Assembly (NCBI GenBank): GCA_039630085.1
Contig: JBCNVM010000014.1
Span: forward strand, 1-25,140
Origin: Candidatus Caldarchaeales archaeon
GTDB lineage: Archaea; Thermoproteota; Nitrososphaeria_A; Caldarchaeales; Calditenuaceae
Reading direction: 5' to 3'
DNA: 25,140 nt
A program made the position numbers and the translations under genes. A model generated the notes under the pieces. That model had not been told where the DNA came from. It did no database searches and saw nothing but the letters and a program-made list of their open reading frames with translations. Positions 6,865 to 17,075 of the stretch are shown here, piece after piece; position 1 is the stretch's first letter, and every line of letters begins with the position of its first letter.

Positions 6865-7917
6865 TCACTCCTCTATTATGAGGATGCCGATCATTCCCGC
6901 GTCGGCGTGGGAGACGACGTGGCAGTGGAAGAGAAACACTCCGGGCTTGGTGTACGTCACCTCGATCGTGTCAGCGGCTCCCGGAACGAGCGGCACGACC
7001 TGACCCGGCCAGGACCTACCTCCCAGCACCCACTTCGACTTGAGGTCGCCGACGTGGAGGTGGAAGCTGTGGTAGATGTCGCCGATGTTGATGATGTGGA
7101 ACCTGATCTTCTCCCCGACCTTGGCCCTGAAGACCGGGAACGACTTGTTGAAGAGCTTGACGACTCCCTCCAGGCCCTTCAGCTGCGGGAAGATCTTGCT
7201 CTGTCCCAGAAGGACGAGCTCGAGCTCCGGTTCTCCTCCGGGAAGTCCCATCCCGTTCATGATATAGAAGGGCCTTGCTCCCTCGCCGACTATCGCGCCC
7301 GGAATCGAGGGCAGCTCCGCCATGAAGATCACGAACTCCTTGGCCGGCGGCTCGTCGAAGTCATAGACGATTATGGCCCCGTAGAGGCCCATCAGCATGT
7401 GGTCGACGATCCTGTGACCTCCTCCGACGGCAGGTCCACCCGAGTGGCAGTGGTAGTACCAGATCCCGGCCTTGGTCGCGGGCCACTCGTAGGTCCACTC
7501 TCCTCCCGGAGGTATCATCGAACCCTTTCCGACACCGGTAACGATGTTGATCTGACTGCCGTCGTGTTTGAGCTCGTAGTAGGGCATGTGCGGGTGGAGG
7601 CTGTGCGTCAGGTCGAGCTTGTTGACGGCCCTGACCTTGATCAGGTCTCCGACCCTCGCCACCAGCGTTGGCCCGGGAACGGTGCCGTTGTAGGTCCACG
7701 CCTTCCAGGTCACCCCAGGCGCGATCTCGATGTTCGCGCCCTTGATCTCGATGTAGTACTCCCTCACCTGCCCCGTCTGCGCGACTGCGGGCACTCCCGC
7801 CAGCTGCTGGAGCTGCCTGAAGACCGGCGAGACGTACGGTGCCACCAGCACGCCCAACACTACGCCCAGCGCCACGAAGATCAGGAAGCCGAGCACCAGC
7901 CTGCCTCTTCCATTCAT
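6865..7917 (-). CDS. Membrane-anchored two-domain multicopper oxidase (NirK/small-laccase fold)
   Basis: WTYNGTVPGP; domain 1 HSLHPH and YYHCH...DHMLMGL; domain 2 HSFHLH and FHCHVVSHADAGM; N-terminal transmembrane helix. Confidence 0.92.
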   Translation of the reverse strand: MNGRGRLVLGFLIFVALGVVLGVLVAPYVSPVFRQLQQLAGVPAVAQTGQVREYYIEIKGANIEIAPGVTWKAWTYNGTVPGPTLVARVGDLIKVRAVNKLDLTHSLHPHMPYYELKHDGSQINIVTGVGKGSMIPPGGEWTYEWPATKAGIWYYHCHSGGPAVGGGHRIVDHMLMGLYGAIIVYDFDEPPAKEFVIFMAELPSIPGAIVGEGARPFYIMNGMGLPGGEPELELVLLGQSKIFPQLKGLEGVVKLFNKSFPVFRAKVGEKIRFHIINIGDIYHSFHLHVGDLKSKWVLGGRSWPGQVVPLVPGAADTIEVTYTKPGVFLFHCHVVSHADAGMIGILIIEE

Positions 7918-8080
7918 GCTTGTAGCTTTACCCGCTTACCTAAAATACCTTAACAGCGGAAAGCCGTATGCAATTGTATGTGATTCCATACATCACCAGA
8001 AAACGGCTAGAGAAGCGCATGCGAGGGCGAAATAATACGGCTGTTATCCTTTCTAACGCCGTAAAATGTGAAGGATCGGC
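7918..8080 (-). promoter_or_regulatory. AT-rich promoter/regulatory region of the copper operon with several inverted repeats
   Basis: TTAAGGTATTTTA (minus strand, 7941-7953) about 25-35 nt before ATG 7917. Inverted repeats: TGTATG-N6-CATACA (7975-7992), AGCCGT/ACGGCT (7962-8008), TACGGC...GCCGTA (8036-8063). Confidence 0.6.
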
Positions 8081-9382
8081 TCACGCGTCGCGCCTGCCGA
8101 GCGCCGCCGCGTGGAACTTCAGGCCCTCCGCGACGGGCAGCGCTCCGACAAGCTCGCCGGCCCTCCTAACCACCCGCTCGCTCCCGACCACGACGTTCAC
8201 GACCCTGACGAAGTCCAAGACGGAGAGCGTGCTCCTCGAAGAGGCCCAGCCACCGGTCGGAAGGACGTGGGAGGCGCCCGCGAAGTAGTCCACCGCGACG
8301 CTCACCATCCCCTTCCCGACCGTGACGACTCCCGCGTTGACGACCTTCCCCGCCAGCCCCCTCAGCCCGTTGGACGCGATCGAGACGTGCTCCGGCGAGA
8401 GCGCGTTGACGAACCTTACCGCGGACTCCCAGCTCCCCGCCACCAGCACCGGCCCGGTCCTCTCGAGGCTCGTCCTCGCGGCGCTGTGCTCGGGATGCCT
8501 TTCCGCGAGCTCGCGGATCCTCCCCACCAACTCCTCGGCTGCCCTCCTCTCTGTCGTCACGGCTAGGACCAAAGTGTCGGGCGAATGCTCCGCCTGCGCG
8601 AGCATGTCCAGCGCCACGGACCCGAGGTCCGACTCTGATTCGAAGAGGACGACGAGCTCTGTCGGCCCGGCTACGAAGTCTATTGAGGCCTCGGACTGTA
8701 GAAGAAGCTTCGCGGCAACGACGTACCTGTTCCCCGGGCCGACGACCTTCCTCACGGGTCTCACGGACCTAGTCCCGTAAACGAGCGCCGCGATCGCTTG
8801 GGCGCCGCCGGACCAGAGGACCGCGTCGAACCCCGCGACGCTTGCGGCGGCGAGGACCTCCCTCCGCCTCCTCTCGTCCCGCTGGGGAGGCGTCGCAAGG
8901 ACCTTCCTCTTCACTCCGGCCACGGAAGCGGGCACGCCCATCATCGCGACCGTGCTGAGGTAGACGGCCCTCCCACCAGGAGCGTAGCAGCCGACCGAGT
9001 CGAGCGGCCTCACCTCCGACCTGATCACCGTCCCTTCCGGATACCTCAGGGAGAACCTGACCCTCCTCAGCCTCTCCCGTTCGAGCCTCGCGATCCTCCC
9101 CGAGAGGACCCTGAGCGCCTTCAGGAGCTCGCCGTCGACGGCCTCGGTAGCCTTCTCCATCTCCTCCCTCCCCGAGACGAGCTCGGAAGGCCTGAGCTGG
9201 ACGCCGTCGTACCGCGAGGCCAGCTCTATCAGCGCCTCGTCTCCCCTCGACCTCACCTCCTCGACGATCCCCCTCACCCTCTCGAGGAGCTCCCGGTCGA
9301 CCGCCGGCGCGGCCCTCCTCAGCTCGCCCGCGACCCGCTCCTCCTCGCCCTCCTTCAGCTCCGAGAACCTCAGCCCGCTCAA
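8081..9382 (-). CDS. hisD: Histidinol dehydrogenase
   Basis: VGCYAPGG, GGAQAIAAL, GPGNRYV, AGPTE, QAEH, PEH and DYFAGASHVLPT motifs. Confidence 0.96.
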   Translation of the reverse strand: MSGLRFSELKEGEEERVAGELRRAAPAVDRELLERVRGIVEEVRSRGDEALIELASRYDGVQLRPSELVSGREEMEKATEAVDGELLKALRVLSGRIARLERERLRRVRFSLRYPEGTVIRSEVRPLDSVGCYAPGGRAVYLSTVAMMGVPASVAGVKRKVLATPPQRDERRRREVLAAASVAGFDAVLWSGGAQAIAALVYGTRSVRPVRKVVGPGNRYVVAAKLLLQSEASIDFVAGPTELVVLFESESDLGSVALDMLAQAEHSPDTLVLAVTTERRAAEELVGRIRELAERHPEHSAARTSLERTGPVLVAGSWESAVRFVNALSPEHVSIASNGLRGLAGKVVNAGVVTVGKGMVSVAVDYFAGASHVLPTGGWASSRSTLSVLDFVRVVNVVVGSERVVRRAGELVGALPVAEGLKFHAAALGRRDA

Positions 9383-9471
9383 CCGCCGACTGATCCGGGA
9401 CCCGCGGCCTGGACGTAAACCTTAGCGGAGCCCGCGTCCGGGAGGCGCGTACTTTCATCTAGCGGAGTCGC

Positions 9472-10776
9472 GTGGGGTCGCTCGGCTTGAGGAGGACGGT
9501 CAGGGAGGCGGAGTCGGCGCGGGAAGGCGAGCAGGTCGAGCTCTGGGGCTGGATCTGGAACAAGAGGGAGCACGGGAAGCTGGTCTTCGTCGACCTCAGG
9601 GACGGCACGGGGGTCATCCAGGTCGCCGCCAGGGCCGGCCTCACGGACCCGTCGAGCCTCGAGCTGCTGAAGTCCCTCAACAGGGAGTCCTCGGTCAGGG
9701 TCTTCGGGAGCGTGGCGAGGGACCCGAGGGCCCCGGGGGGCGTCGAGGTCAGGTGCGTCAGGGCCGAGCCGATCTCCCCTTCCCTCGACGACTTCCCGGT
9801 GAGGAGGGGGATGGGCGCAAAGGCCCTCTACGACCACAGGCACCTCCACATCAGGAGCCCGAAGGTCTCGGCGCTGATGAGGGTCAGGTCGAACCTGATC
9901 TGGGCGGTCCACGAGTTCTTCAGGAGCAGGGGGTTCGTCGAGGTCGACTGCCCCACCTTCATCACCGCGGCGGTCGAGGGGGGCGCGACGCTCTTCGAGG
10001 TGAACTACTTCGGGAGGAAGGCCTACCTGACCCAGAGCGTCCAGTTCTACCAGGAGGCAGCGATATTCGGGCTCGAGAAGGTCTACAGCGTCCAGCCGAG
10101 CTTCAGGGCGGAGCTGAGCAGGACGCCGAGGCACCTGACCGAGTTCTGGCACGTCGAGGGCGAGATGGCCTTCTGCGACCTCGAGGGGCTGATGAGGACT
10201 ATCGAGGATTTGGTGAGGTACGTGGTCCTGAGGACCGAGGAGCTCTCGAGGAGGGAGCTGGAGGCGCTCGGGAGGAGGGTCAGGACCGAGGAGGTCGAGG
10301 GCGAGTTCTACAGGATCAGGTACTCCGAGGCCCTCGAGGCCCTCAGGAGGGCCGGGAGGGAGCTCGAGTGGGGCTCGGACTTCGGCGCCGACGAGGAGAG
10401 GGTCATCAGCTCCCAGTTCGACAGGCCCGTCTTCGTCACCCACTACCCGAAGGAGGCGAAGGCCTTCTACCACAAGCCCGACCCCAGCGACCCGAGGGTC
10501 ACCCTCAGCACCGACCTCCTCGCGCCCAGGGGGAACGGCGAGATCGTGGGGGCCGGGGTCCGCACCGACGACTATGAGCAGCTCGTAGGCAGGATCAGGG
10601 AGGCCGGTCTGAACCCCGAGGACTACGCCTGGTACCTCGACCTAAGGAGGTACGGCTCGGTACCCCACGCGGGCTTCGGGATGGGCGTCGAGAGGGTGCT
10701 GAAGTGGATCCTGGACCTCCCCCACGTGAGGACCGCCTCGCTCTTCCCCAGGACGCCGACCAGGCTCTACCCGTGA
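9472..10776 (+). CDS. asnS: Asparagine--tRNA ligase
   Basis: OB-fold N-terminus (FVDLRDGTG), EGGATLF, YLTQS, FRAELSRTPRHLTEFWHVEGE (AsnRS-type rather than AspRS-type) and PHAGFGMGVER. Confidence 0.92.
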   Translation: MGSLGLRRTVREAESAREGEQVELWGWIWNKREHGKLVFVDLRDGTGVIQVAARAGLTDPSSLELLKSLNRESSVRVFGSVARDPRAPGGVEVRCVRAEPISPSLDDFPVRRGMGAKALYDHRHLHIRSPKVSALMRVRSNLIWAVHEFFRSRGFVEVDCPTFITAAVEGGATLFEVNYFGRKAYLTQSVQFYQEAAIFGLEKVYSVQPSFRAELSRTPRHLTEFWHVEGEMAFCDLEGLMRTIEDLVRYVVLRTEELSRRELEALGRRVRTEEVEGEFYRIRYSEALEALRRAGRELEWGSDFGADEERVISSQFDRPVFVTHYPKEAKAFYHKPDPSDPRVTLSTDLLAPRGNGEIVGAGVRTDDYEQLVGRIREAGLNPEDYAWYLDLRRYGSVPHAGFGMGVERVLKWILDLPHVRTASLFPRTPTRLYP

Positions 10777-10891
10777 TGCGCCGCAGACCCGCGTACCTCG
10801 GGACTTCTCGGGTCTGACTCCGACATCGCTCGGACCTTACCCCCTGCGGGAGGCGGGCCACGAAGCCTTAATACTCGTGGAGAAAATCTAG

Positions 10892-12846
<1,955 letters not shown>

Positions 12847-12892
12847 CTCCAGGGGCGACCCGGGAGCCTCCTCAAAACCCTCTGCCCTCAGC

Positions 12893-13465
12893 TCAGGACC
12901 TGCCCCTGATCATCTCCTCGGGCGATCCCTTGGGCTCGAAGCCCTCGATCATCGAGAAGAGCTGCCTGACCCTCCTCGCGAACATCACCCTGCCGTAGGG
13001 GAGCAGCGCGACGAGCCTCCTGACGGGCCCGGTGACGAGGAACGCGCCGTAGACCTTCCTGACACCCCTCTTCAGCTCCGAGATCAGCTCCCTGTCCTCG
13101 ACGGTCCTGCTGAAGGTCCTCTGGTCAGGGGTCACGCCCTCGACGATCGCCGAGGTCGCGGAGAACGTGACGTTCATCACCGTGACCTCGGTGAGCTCGA
13201 TCTCGCCCTGCTCCGAAGACCTCCTCATGCTGTCCACGACGTTCCTCACGCCCCTCGTCGTCACGGCCTCGTGGAACTCGCCCTCGACCGAGACTCCGAC
13301 CTCCAGCCAGTCAGGGGGGTTCAGGACGTGGAACTCGGTCGCCTTGCCCTGCGGGTTCACGACCGATATCTTGACCGCCGGCAGCTCGCCGACCCTTCCG
13401 AGGGAGATGTCGCTGACCATGCCCCTGAAGGTCGCCTGCGCCGTCGACCTCTCCTCCCTCCTCAA
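12893..13465 (-). CDS. Hypothetical protein (beta-rich, possibly OB-fold-like)
   Basis: Host-like codon usage and amino-acid composition, TTTTTAA box about 33 nt upstream, fills the gap between the Rieske gene and etfA. No family recognised. Confidence 0.7.
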   Translation of the reverse strand: MRREERSTAQATFRGMVSDISLGRVGELPAVKISVVNPQGKATEFHVLNPPDWLEVGVSVEGEFHEAVTTRGVRNVVDSMRRSSEQGEIELTEVTVMNVTFSATSAIVEGVTPDQRTFSRTVEDRELISELKRGVRKVYGAFLVTGPVRRLVALLPYGRVMFARRVRQLFSMIEGFEPKGSPEEMIRGRS

Positions 13466-13602
13466 GTTCCGGATCCAATTTCACCCCCTCTAGGGCGTTA
13501 AAAACCGTTCAGCGCGCCTCAGGACGCCGATTCTCCGAGGGGGCCGCTCTGAAGGCACCGTTAATACTCTGGACGTCTCGGTTCTACGCGCAGGGTGGTA
13601 GC

Positions 13603-14532
13603 TTGCCCTTGAAGGTCCTGGCTGTGGCCTTCGGCGCCGACGAGGTCCCGGAGCTCCTCACCGCCGCGAGGCAGTACGGCGACGTGGCAGCGCTGGCGGG
13701 CCCCGACGTCGACGTCGGCCTGATCAAGAGGTACGGAGCCACGGCGGCCTTCGTCGCGAGGGAAGGGCTCGGAGACCCGAGGGTCGCGGCCCACGCGATC
13801 AGAAGGGTCTGCGAGGGTCTCAGGCCGGACCTCGTCCTCGGGATCTCGGCGAAGAACTCCAGGGAGGCGTTCGCCAGGGCCTCCCACTCCCTCGGAGCTC
13901 CGCTCTTCACCGACTGCCTCGACCTCACGGCGGAGGGCGGCGCGGTCAGGGCCAGCAGGCTGGTGCTCGGCGGCGGATACGTCGCGACGCTGGAGGCCTC
14001 GGGCTCGCCGGTCTTCGCGACGCTGATGCCCGGCAGGGTGACGCCCTCCGAGTCGCCTACGCAGGCCGAGCTGAAGGCGGTCGAGGTGGCCGCGGAGGGC
14101 CCCGCGAACGGCGTGGTGAAGGAGGTGAGGCCGGTGGAGAGGAGCGCGGTCGACCTCTCTAAGGCCGAGTTCATCGTCGCCGTCGGGAGGGGCTTCAAGA
14201 GGAGGGAGGACCTGAGGCTCGCGGAGGAGCTCGCGAAGGCCCTCGGGGCCGAGGTCGGGTGCAGCAGGCCGATCGCGGGCGACCTGAAGTGGATGCCGGA
14301 GGACAGGCACATCGGCCTCTCCGGGAAGTGGGTCAGCCCGAAGCTCTACGTCGCGGTCGGGATATCCGGCCAGATGCAGCACGTGGTCGGCATCAGGAGG
14401 TCCAGGGTGATAGTCGCGGTCAACAACGACCCCAGCGCGCCCATCCACAGGGAGGCCGACTACTCGGTCGTCGCGGACCTCTACCAGTTCCTCCCCGTCC
14501 TGACGGAGAAGCTGAAGGAGGCCAAGAGGTGA
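13603..14532 (+). CDS. etfA: Electron transfer flavoprotein subunit alpha (FixB family)
   Basis: DLSKAEFIVAVGRG, VGCSRP, IGLSG, PKLYVAVGISGQMQHVVG and VNNDPSAPI FAD-domain motifs. Confidence 0.93.
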   Translation: MPLKVLAVAFGADEVPELLTAARQYGDVAALAGPDVDVGLIKRYGATAAFVAREGLGDPRVAAHAIRRVCEGLRPDLVLGISAKNSREAFARASHSLGAPLFTDCLDLTAEGGAVRASRLVLGGGYVATLEASGSPVFATLMPGRVTPSESPTQAELKAVEVAAEGPANGVVKEVRPVERSAVDLSKAEFIVAVGRGFKRREDLRLAEELAKALGAEVGCSRPIAGDLKWMPEDRHIGLSGKWVSPKLYVAVGISGQMQHVVGIRRSRVIVAVNNDPSAPIHREADYSVVADLYQFLPVLTEKLKEAKR

Positions 14533-15380
14533 CTGGTCAGGTCGCCCTCCGGAAGAGGGTCGCCTTCCAGGGAGAGCTCGGTTCCTACAGCGACGAGGCC
14601 GCCTCCAGGTTCTTCGGCGAGGAGTTCGATCCCCTGCCCCGGAGGACGCTGCCGGCGGTCTTCAACGCGGTCGAGTCCCACAGGGCCGAAGCAGGTGTCG
14701 TGCCCGTGGAGAACAGCATCGAAGGGAGCGTCGGGGAGGCCTACGACCTCCTCCTCTCCACCGGGCTCAGGGTGGTCGGGGAGGTCTACGTCAGGGTCGT
14801 CCACTGCCTCGTCGGCCTCTCCGAGTCGAACCTCTCGACCGTGAGGAGGGTCTACTCGCACCCGCAGGCCCTCGGCCAGTGCAGGGCGTGGATATCCATG
14901 ATGGGCTACGAGCCGATAGGGTTCTACGACACCGCGGGCGCCGCGAGGTTCGTGAAGGAGTCCGGCGACCCGACGTGCGCGGCGATAGCCAGCGAGAGGG
15001 CCGCGAGGATCTACGGCCTCAGGGTGCTCGCGAGGGGCATCGAGGACTACGGCAGGAACTACACGAGGTTCCTCGTGATAGGCAGGGACACGCCCCAGCC
15101 CTCCGGGAGGATGAAGACGACCGTGATCTTCTCCGTGGCCCACAGGCCGGGGTCGCTCTACAGGGCCCTCGGGCCCCTCGCGGAGAGGGGGATCAACCTG
15201 ACGAAGATCGAGTCGCGCCCAACGAGGGCGAGGCCGTGGCAGTACCACTTCTTCGTCGACTTCGAGGGGAGCGTCGAGGAGGACCGGGTGAGGGAGGCGC
15301 TCTCGGAGCTCTCGAACCACACGCTCTTCCTGAAGGTCCTCGGGAGCTACCCCATGGCCCAGGTGGAGGAGGTCGACTGA
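14529..15380 (+). CDS. pheA: Prephenate dehydratase (PDT + ACT, no chorismate mutase domain)
   Basis: VAFQGELGSYS, PVENSIEG, SHPQALGQC, NYTRF and NLTKIESRP. The true start is GTG 14529 (GTGA overlap with etfA), not 14259. Confidence 0.95.
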   Translation: MTGQVALRKRVAFQGELGSYSDEAASRFFGEEFDPLPRRTLPAVFNAVESHRAEAGVVPVENSIEGSVGEAYDLLLSTGLRVVGEVYVRVVHCLVGLSESNLSTVRRVYSHPQALGQCRAWISMMGYEPIGFYDTAGAARFVKESGDPTCAAIASERAARIYGLRVLARGIEDYGRNYTRFLVIGRDTPQPSGRMKTTVIFSVAHRPGSLYRALGPLAERGINLTKIESRPTRARPWQYHFFVDFEGSVEEDRVREALSELSNHTLFLKVLGSYPMAQVEEVD

Positions 15381-15426
15381 GCCGGCGCGGCCCTCGCGTT
15401 CGAGGGCCCTCGGCCTTCATCAGCCT

Positions 15427-15825
15427 CTATTTCCGGCCGGTTCGTCTGGTCCTCCTCCGCGGCGCTCCGGCCCTCAGGGTCCCCAGTCCGTGGAGCCCTG
15501 CCATCTCCTCGTCCCACGCGAGGAAAGGCCCGCGATCCCCGACGAGTATCGGCCTCTCGAGGGCCTCCGGGTGCTCGGCCAGGAACCTCGCGGCCTCCTG
15601 CGACCCCAGCCTCGAAGCCCTCTCCCTTAGCTCCCTCGGCGTCCTCCTCCTGACGACCCGCTCCAGTCCGTACCTCTCGATCAGGGCCCTGATCAGGTCC
15701 TCCGGGGGTGCGGCCTCCTTCAGCTCCACCGGCTCCAGCTCCACCCCCCTCCGCTCGAGCTGCTCCCTCACCGCCGCGCAGGTCTTGCATCCCTTCCTAT
15801 AGTAGAACTTGAGCGCGGGGCTCAC
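15427..15825 (-). CDS. ArsC/Spx/MgsR-family thioredoxin-fold protein
   Basis: C-terminal part of ORF 15427..16188: FYYRKGCKTC...HPEALERPIL. GTG 15825 overlaps the stop of the upstream LLM gene. Confidence 0.8.
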   Translation of the reverse strand: MSPALKFYYRKGCKTCAAVREQLERRGVELEPVELKEAAPPEDLIRALIERYGLERVVRRRTPRELRERASRLGSQEAARFLAEHPEALERPILVGDRGPFLAWDEEMAGLHGLGTLRAGAPRRRTRRTGRK

Positions 15826-16865
15826 TCGGGAGCTACCCTGAGCGGGACCCTCAGGCTCCTGTAGTACTCCCTCAGCCACGGCAGGATCTCGCGGCCCAGC
15901 ATGTTCAGGAACTTCCCCTCGTCGGGAGAGGAGCTGTGCATGTAGACCCTGTCGAACCCCAGCTTCATGAACTCGCCGAGGGCCTTGTAGATGTCGTCGG
16001 GGTCGCTGGTGATCAGCCAGGTCCTCTTGATCTTCTCCTCCTCTTCCTTCCCCACCATCGACTCGAGCACCCTCGGGTCCCAGATCTTCTCCCTCTTCTC
16101 CCTGGCGATCGCGGTCGGGCCCCAGAACATCGCGGCCCTGAGGGCCCTGTCGTAGTCCAGGTCGAAGGAGACCTTGAACTCCAGGCACTTCGAGAGCGTC
16201 GCCGGATCCCTTCCCGCGGACCTCGCGCCCTCCTCGAGCGCGCTGATGATCGAGTTGAAGTTCTCCATACCCCTGGGGTTCGTGAGGATGCCGTCGCTGA
16301 GCATCCCGGCTATCCTGGCCACGCCCTCGTTCGACGTCGCGACGAAGAGCCTGATCCTCCCCCTCGGCTTCGTGTAAAGCTTCGCAGTGTTGAGCTGGTA
16401 GTACTTGCCCTCGTAGGTGACGAAGTCACCCTCCCAGAGGAGCCTGATCACCTCGATCGCCTCCCTCAGCCTCTCGACCTTCTCCTTGTACCCCGGCCAC
16501 TTGAAGCCCAGCGGGACCTCGTTCATCGCGTGCCCCGTCCCCACGGTCAGGGAGATCCTGTTGGGGTAGAGGTAGTCGAGGGTCGCGAAGGCCTGCGCGA
16601 CTATCGCCGGGTGGTACCTGAAGAGCGGTGTTGTGACCGCGGTCCCGACCTCGACGTCCCTGAAGCGCTCCGCGATCGCGGCCATGACGATCCACGGGTG
16701 CGGCGACTGGCCTCCGGTATCCCTCCAGGGGTGGAAGTGGTCGCTGAGGACCAGGACGTCGAAGCCGGCGATCGTGGCGTGCGTCGCGAGCTCCAGCAGC
16801 TGCCTCGGGTCATACTGCTCGGTCGCGAGCCAGTACCCTAGCTTCAGCGTCCTGTTTTCGGCCAA
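15822..16865 (-). CDS. Luciferase-like (LLM) oxidoreductase, F420-dependent G6PDH-like family
   Basis: EQYDP, SDHFHPW, GTAVTTPLFRYHPAIVAQAFATL, GTGHAMNE and ERLREAIEVIRLLW. Confidence 0.88.
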   Translation of the reverse strand: MAENRTLKLGYWLATEQYDPRQLLELATHATIAGFDVLVLSDHFHPWRDTGGQSPHPWIVMAAIAERFRDVEVGTAVTTPLFRYHPAIVAQAFATLDYLYPNRISLTVGTGHAMNEVPLGFKWPGYKEKVERLREAIEVIRLLWEGDFVTYEGKYYQLNTAKLYTKPRGRIRLFVATSNEGVARIAGMLSDGILTNPRGMENFNSIISALEEGARSAGRDPATLSKCLEFKVSFDLDYDRALRAAMFWGPTAIAREKREKIWDPRVLESMVGKEEEEKIKRTWLITSDPDDIYKALGEFMKLGFDRVYMHSSSPDEGKFLNMLGREILPWLREYYRSLRVPLRVAPE

Positions 16866-17075
16866 AGTCCTCTTCGGCCGGGACTCGCCGCGGGCCTGTA
16901 ATAAGGTTAAACGCAGTCGGATCTCACGTGCAGACCCGGTGAAGTCGGAGGACTCCGTCTGAATGGGCTGCCGGGCCCTTATTGCGGCGATCGGGGCGCG
17001 TGAGGGGGCTCTGCGGGGTCCGGATGAGGGCTTCTGCGTTTATCAGTGGGCCTCGCCGGGATACGTCGCTGAGGG

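Noticed and set aside
6865-7917. Calling the multicopper protein nirK
   Set aside because: HxH and HCH motifs in both domains indicate a trinuclear oxidase centre rather than the NirK mononuclear T2 site.
7968-8288. 106-aa + strand ORF in the AT-rich spacer
   Set aside because: Two thirds of it is antisense to hisD, its codon usage is atypical and it has no recognisable motif.
10773-10817. GTGATGC...CTGA as a C/D sRNA after asnS
   Set aside because: Imperfect C box and no C'/D' boxes; better explained by a simple 8-bp inverted repeat (CAGACCCG/CGGGTCTG).
13466-13490. GGGGGTGA followed by an out-of-frame TTG (13478), suggesting another intron or frameshift in the hypothetical gene
   Set aside because: No BHB fold was found, and the TATA position implies transcription starts downstream of the apparent RBS.
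14259-14528. N-terminal extension of pheA (possible chorismate mutase fusion)
   Set aside because: It is an off-frame read of etfA with no chorismate mutase features; GTG 14529 is the natural start.
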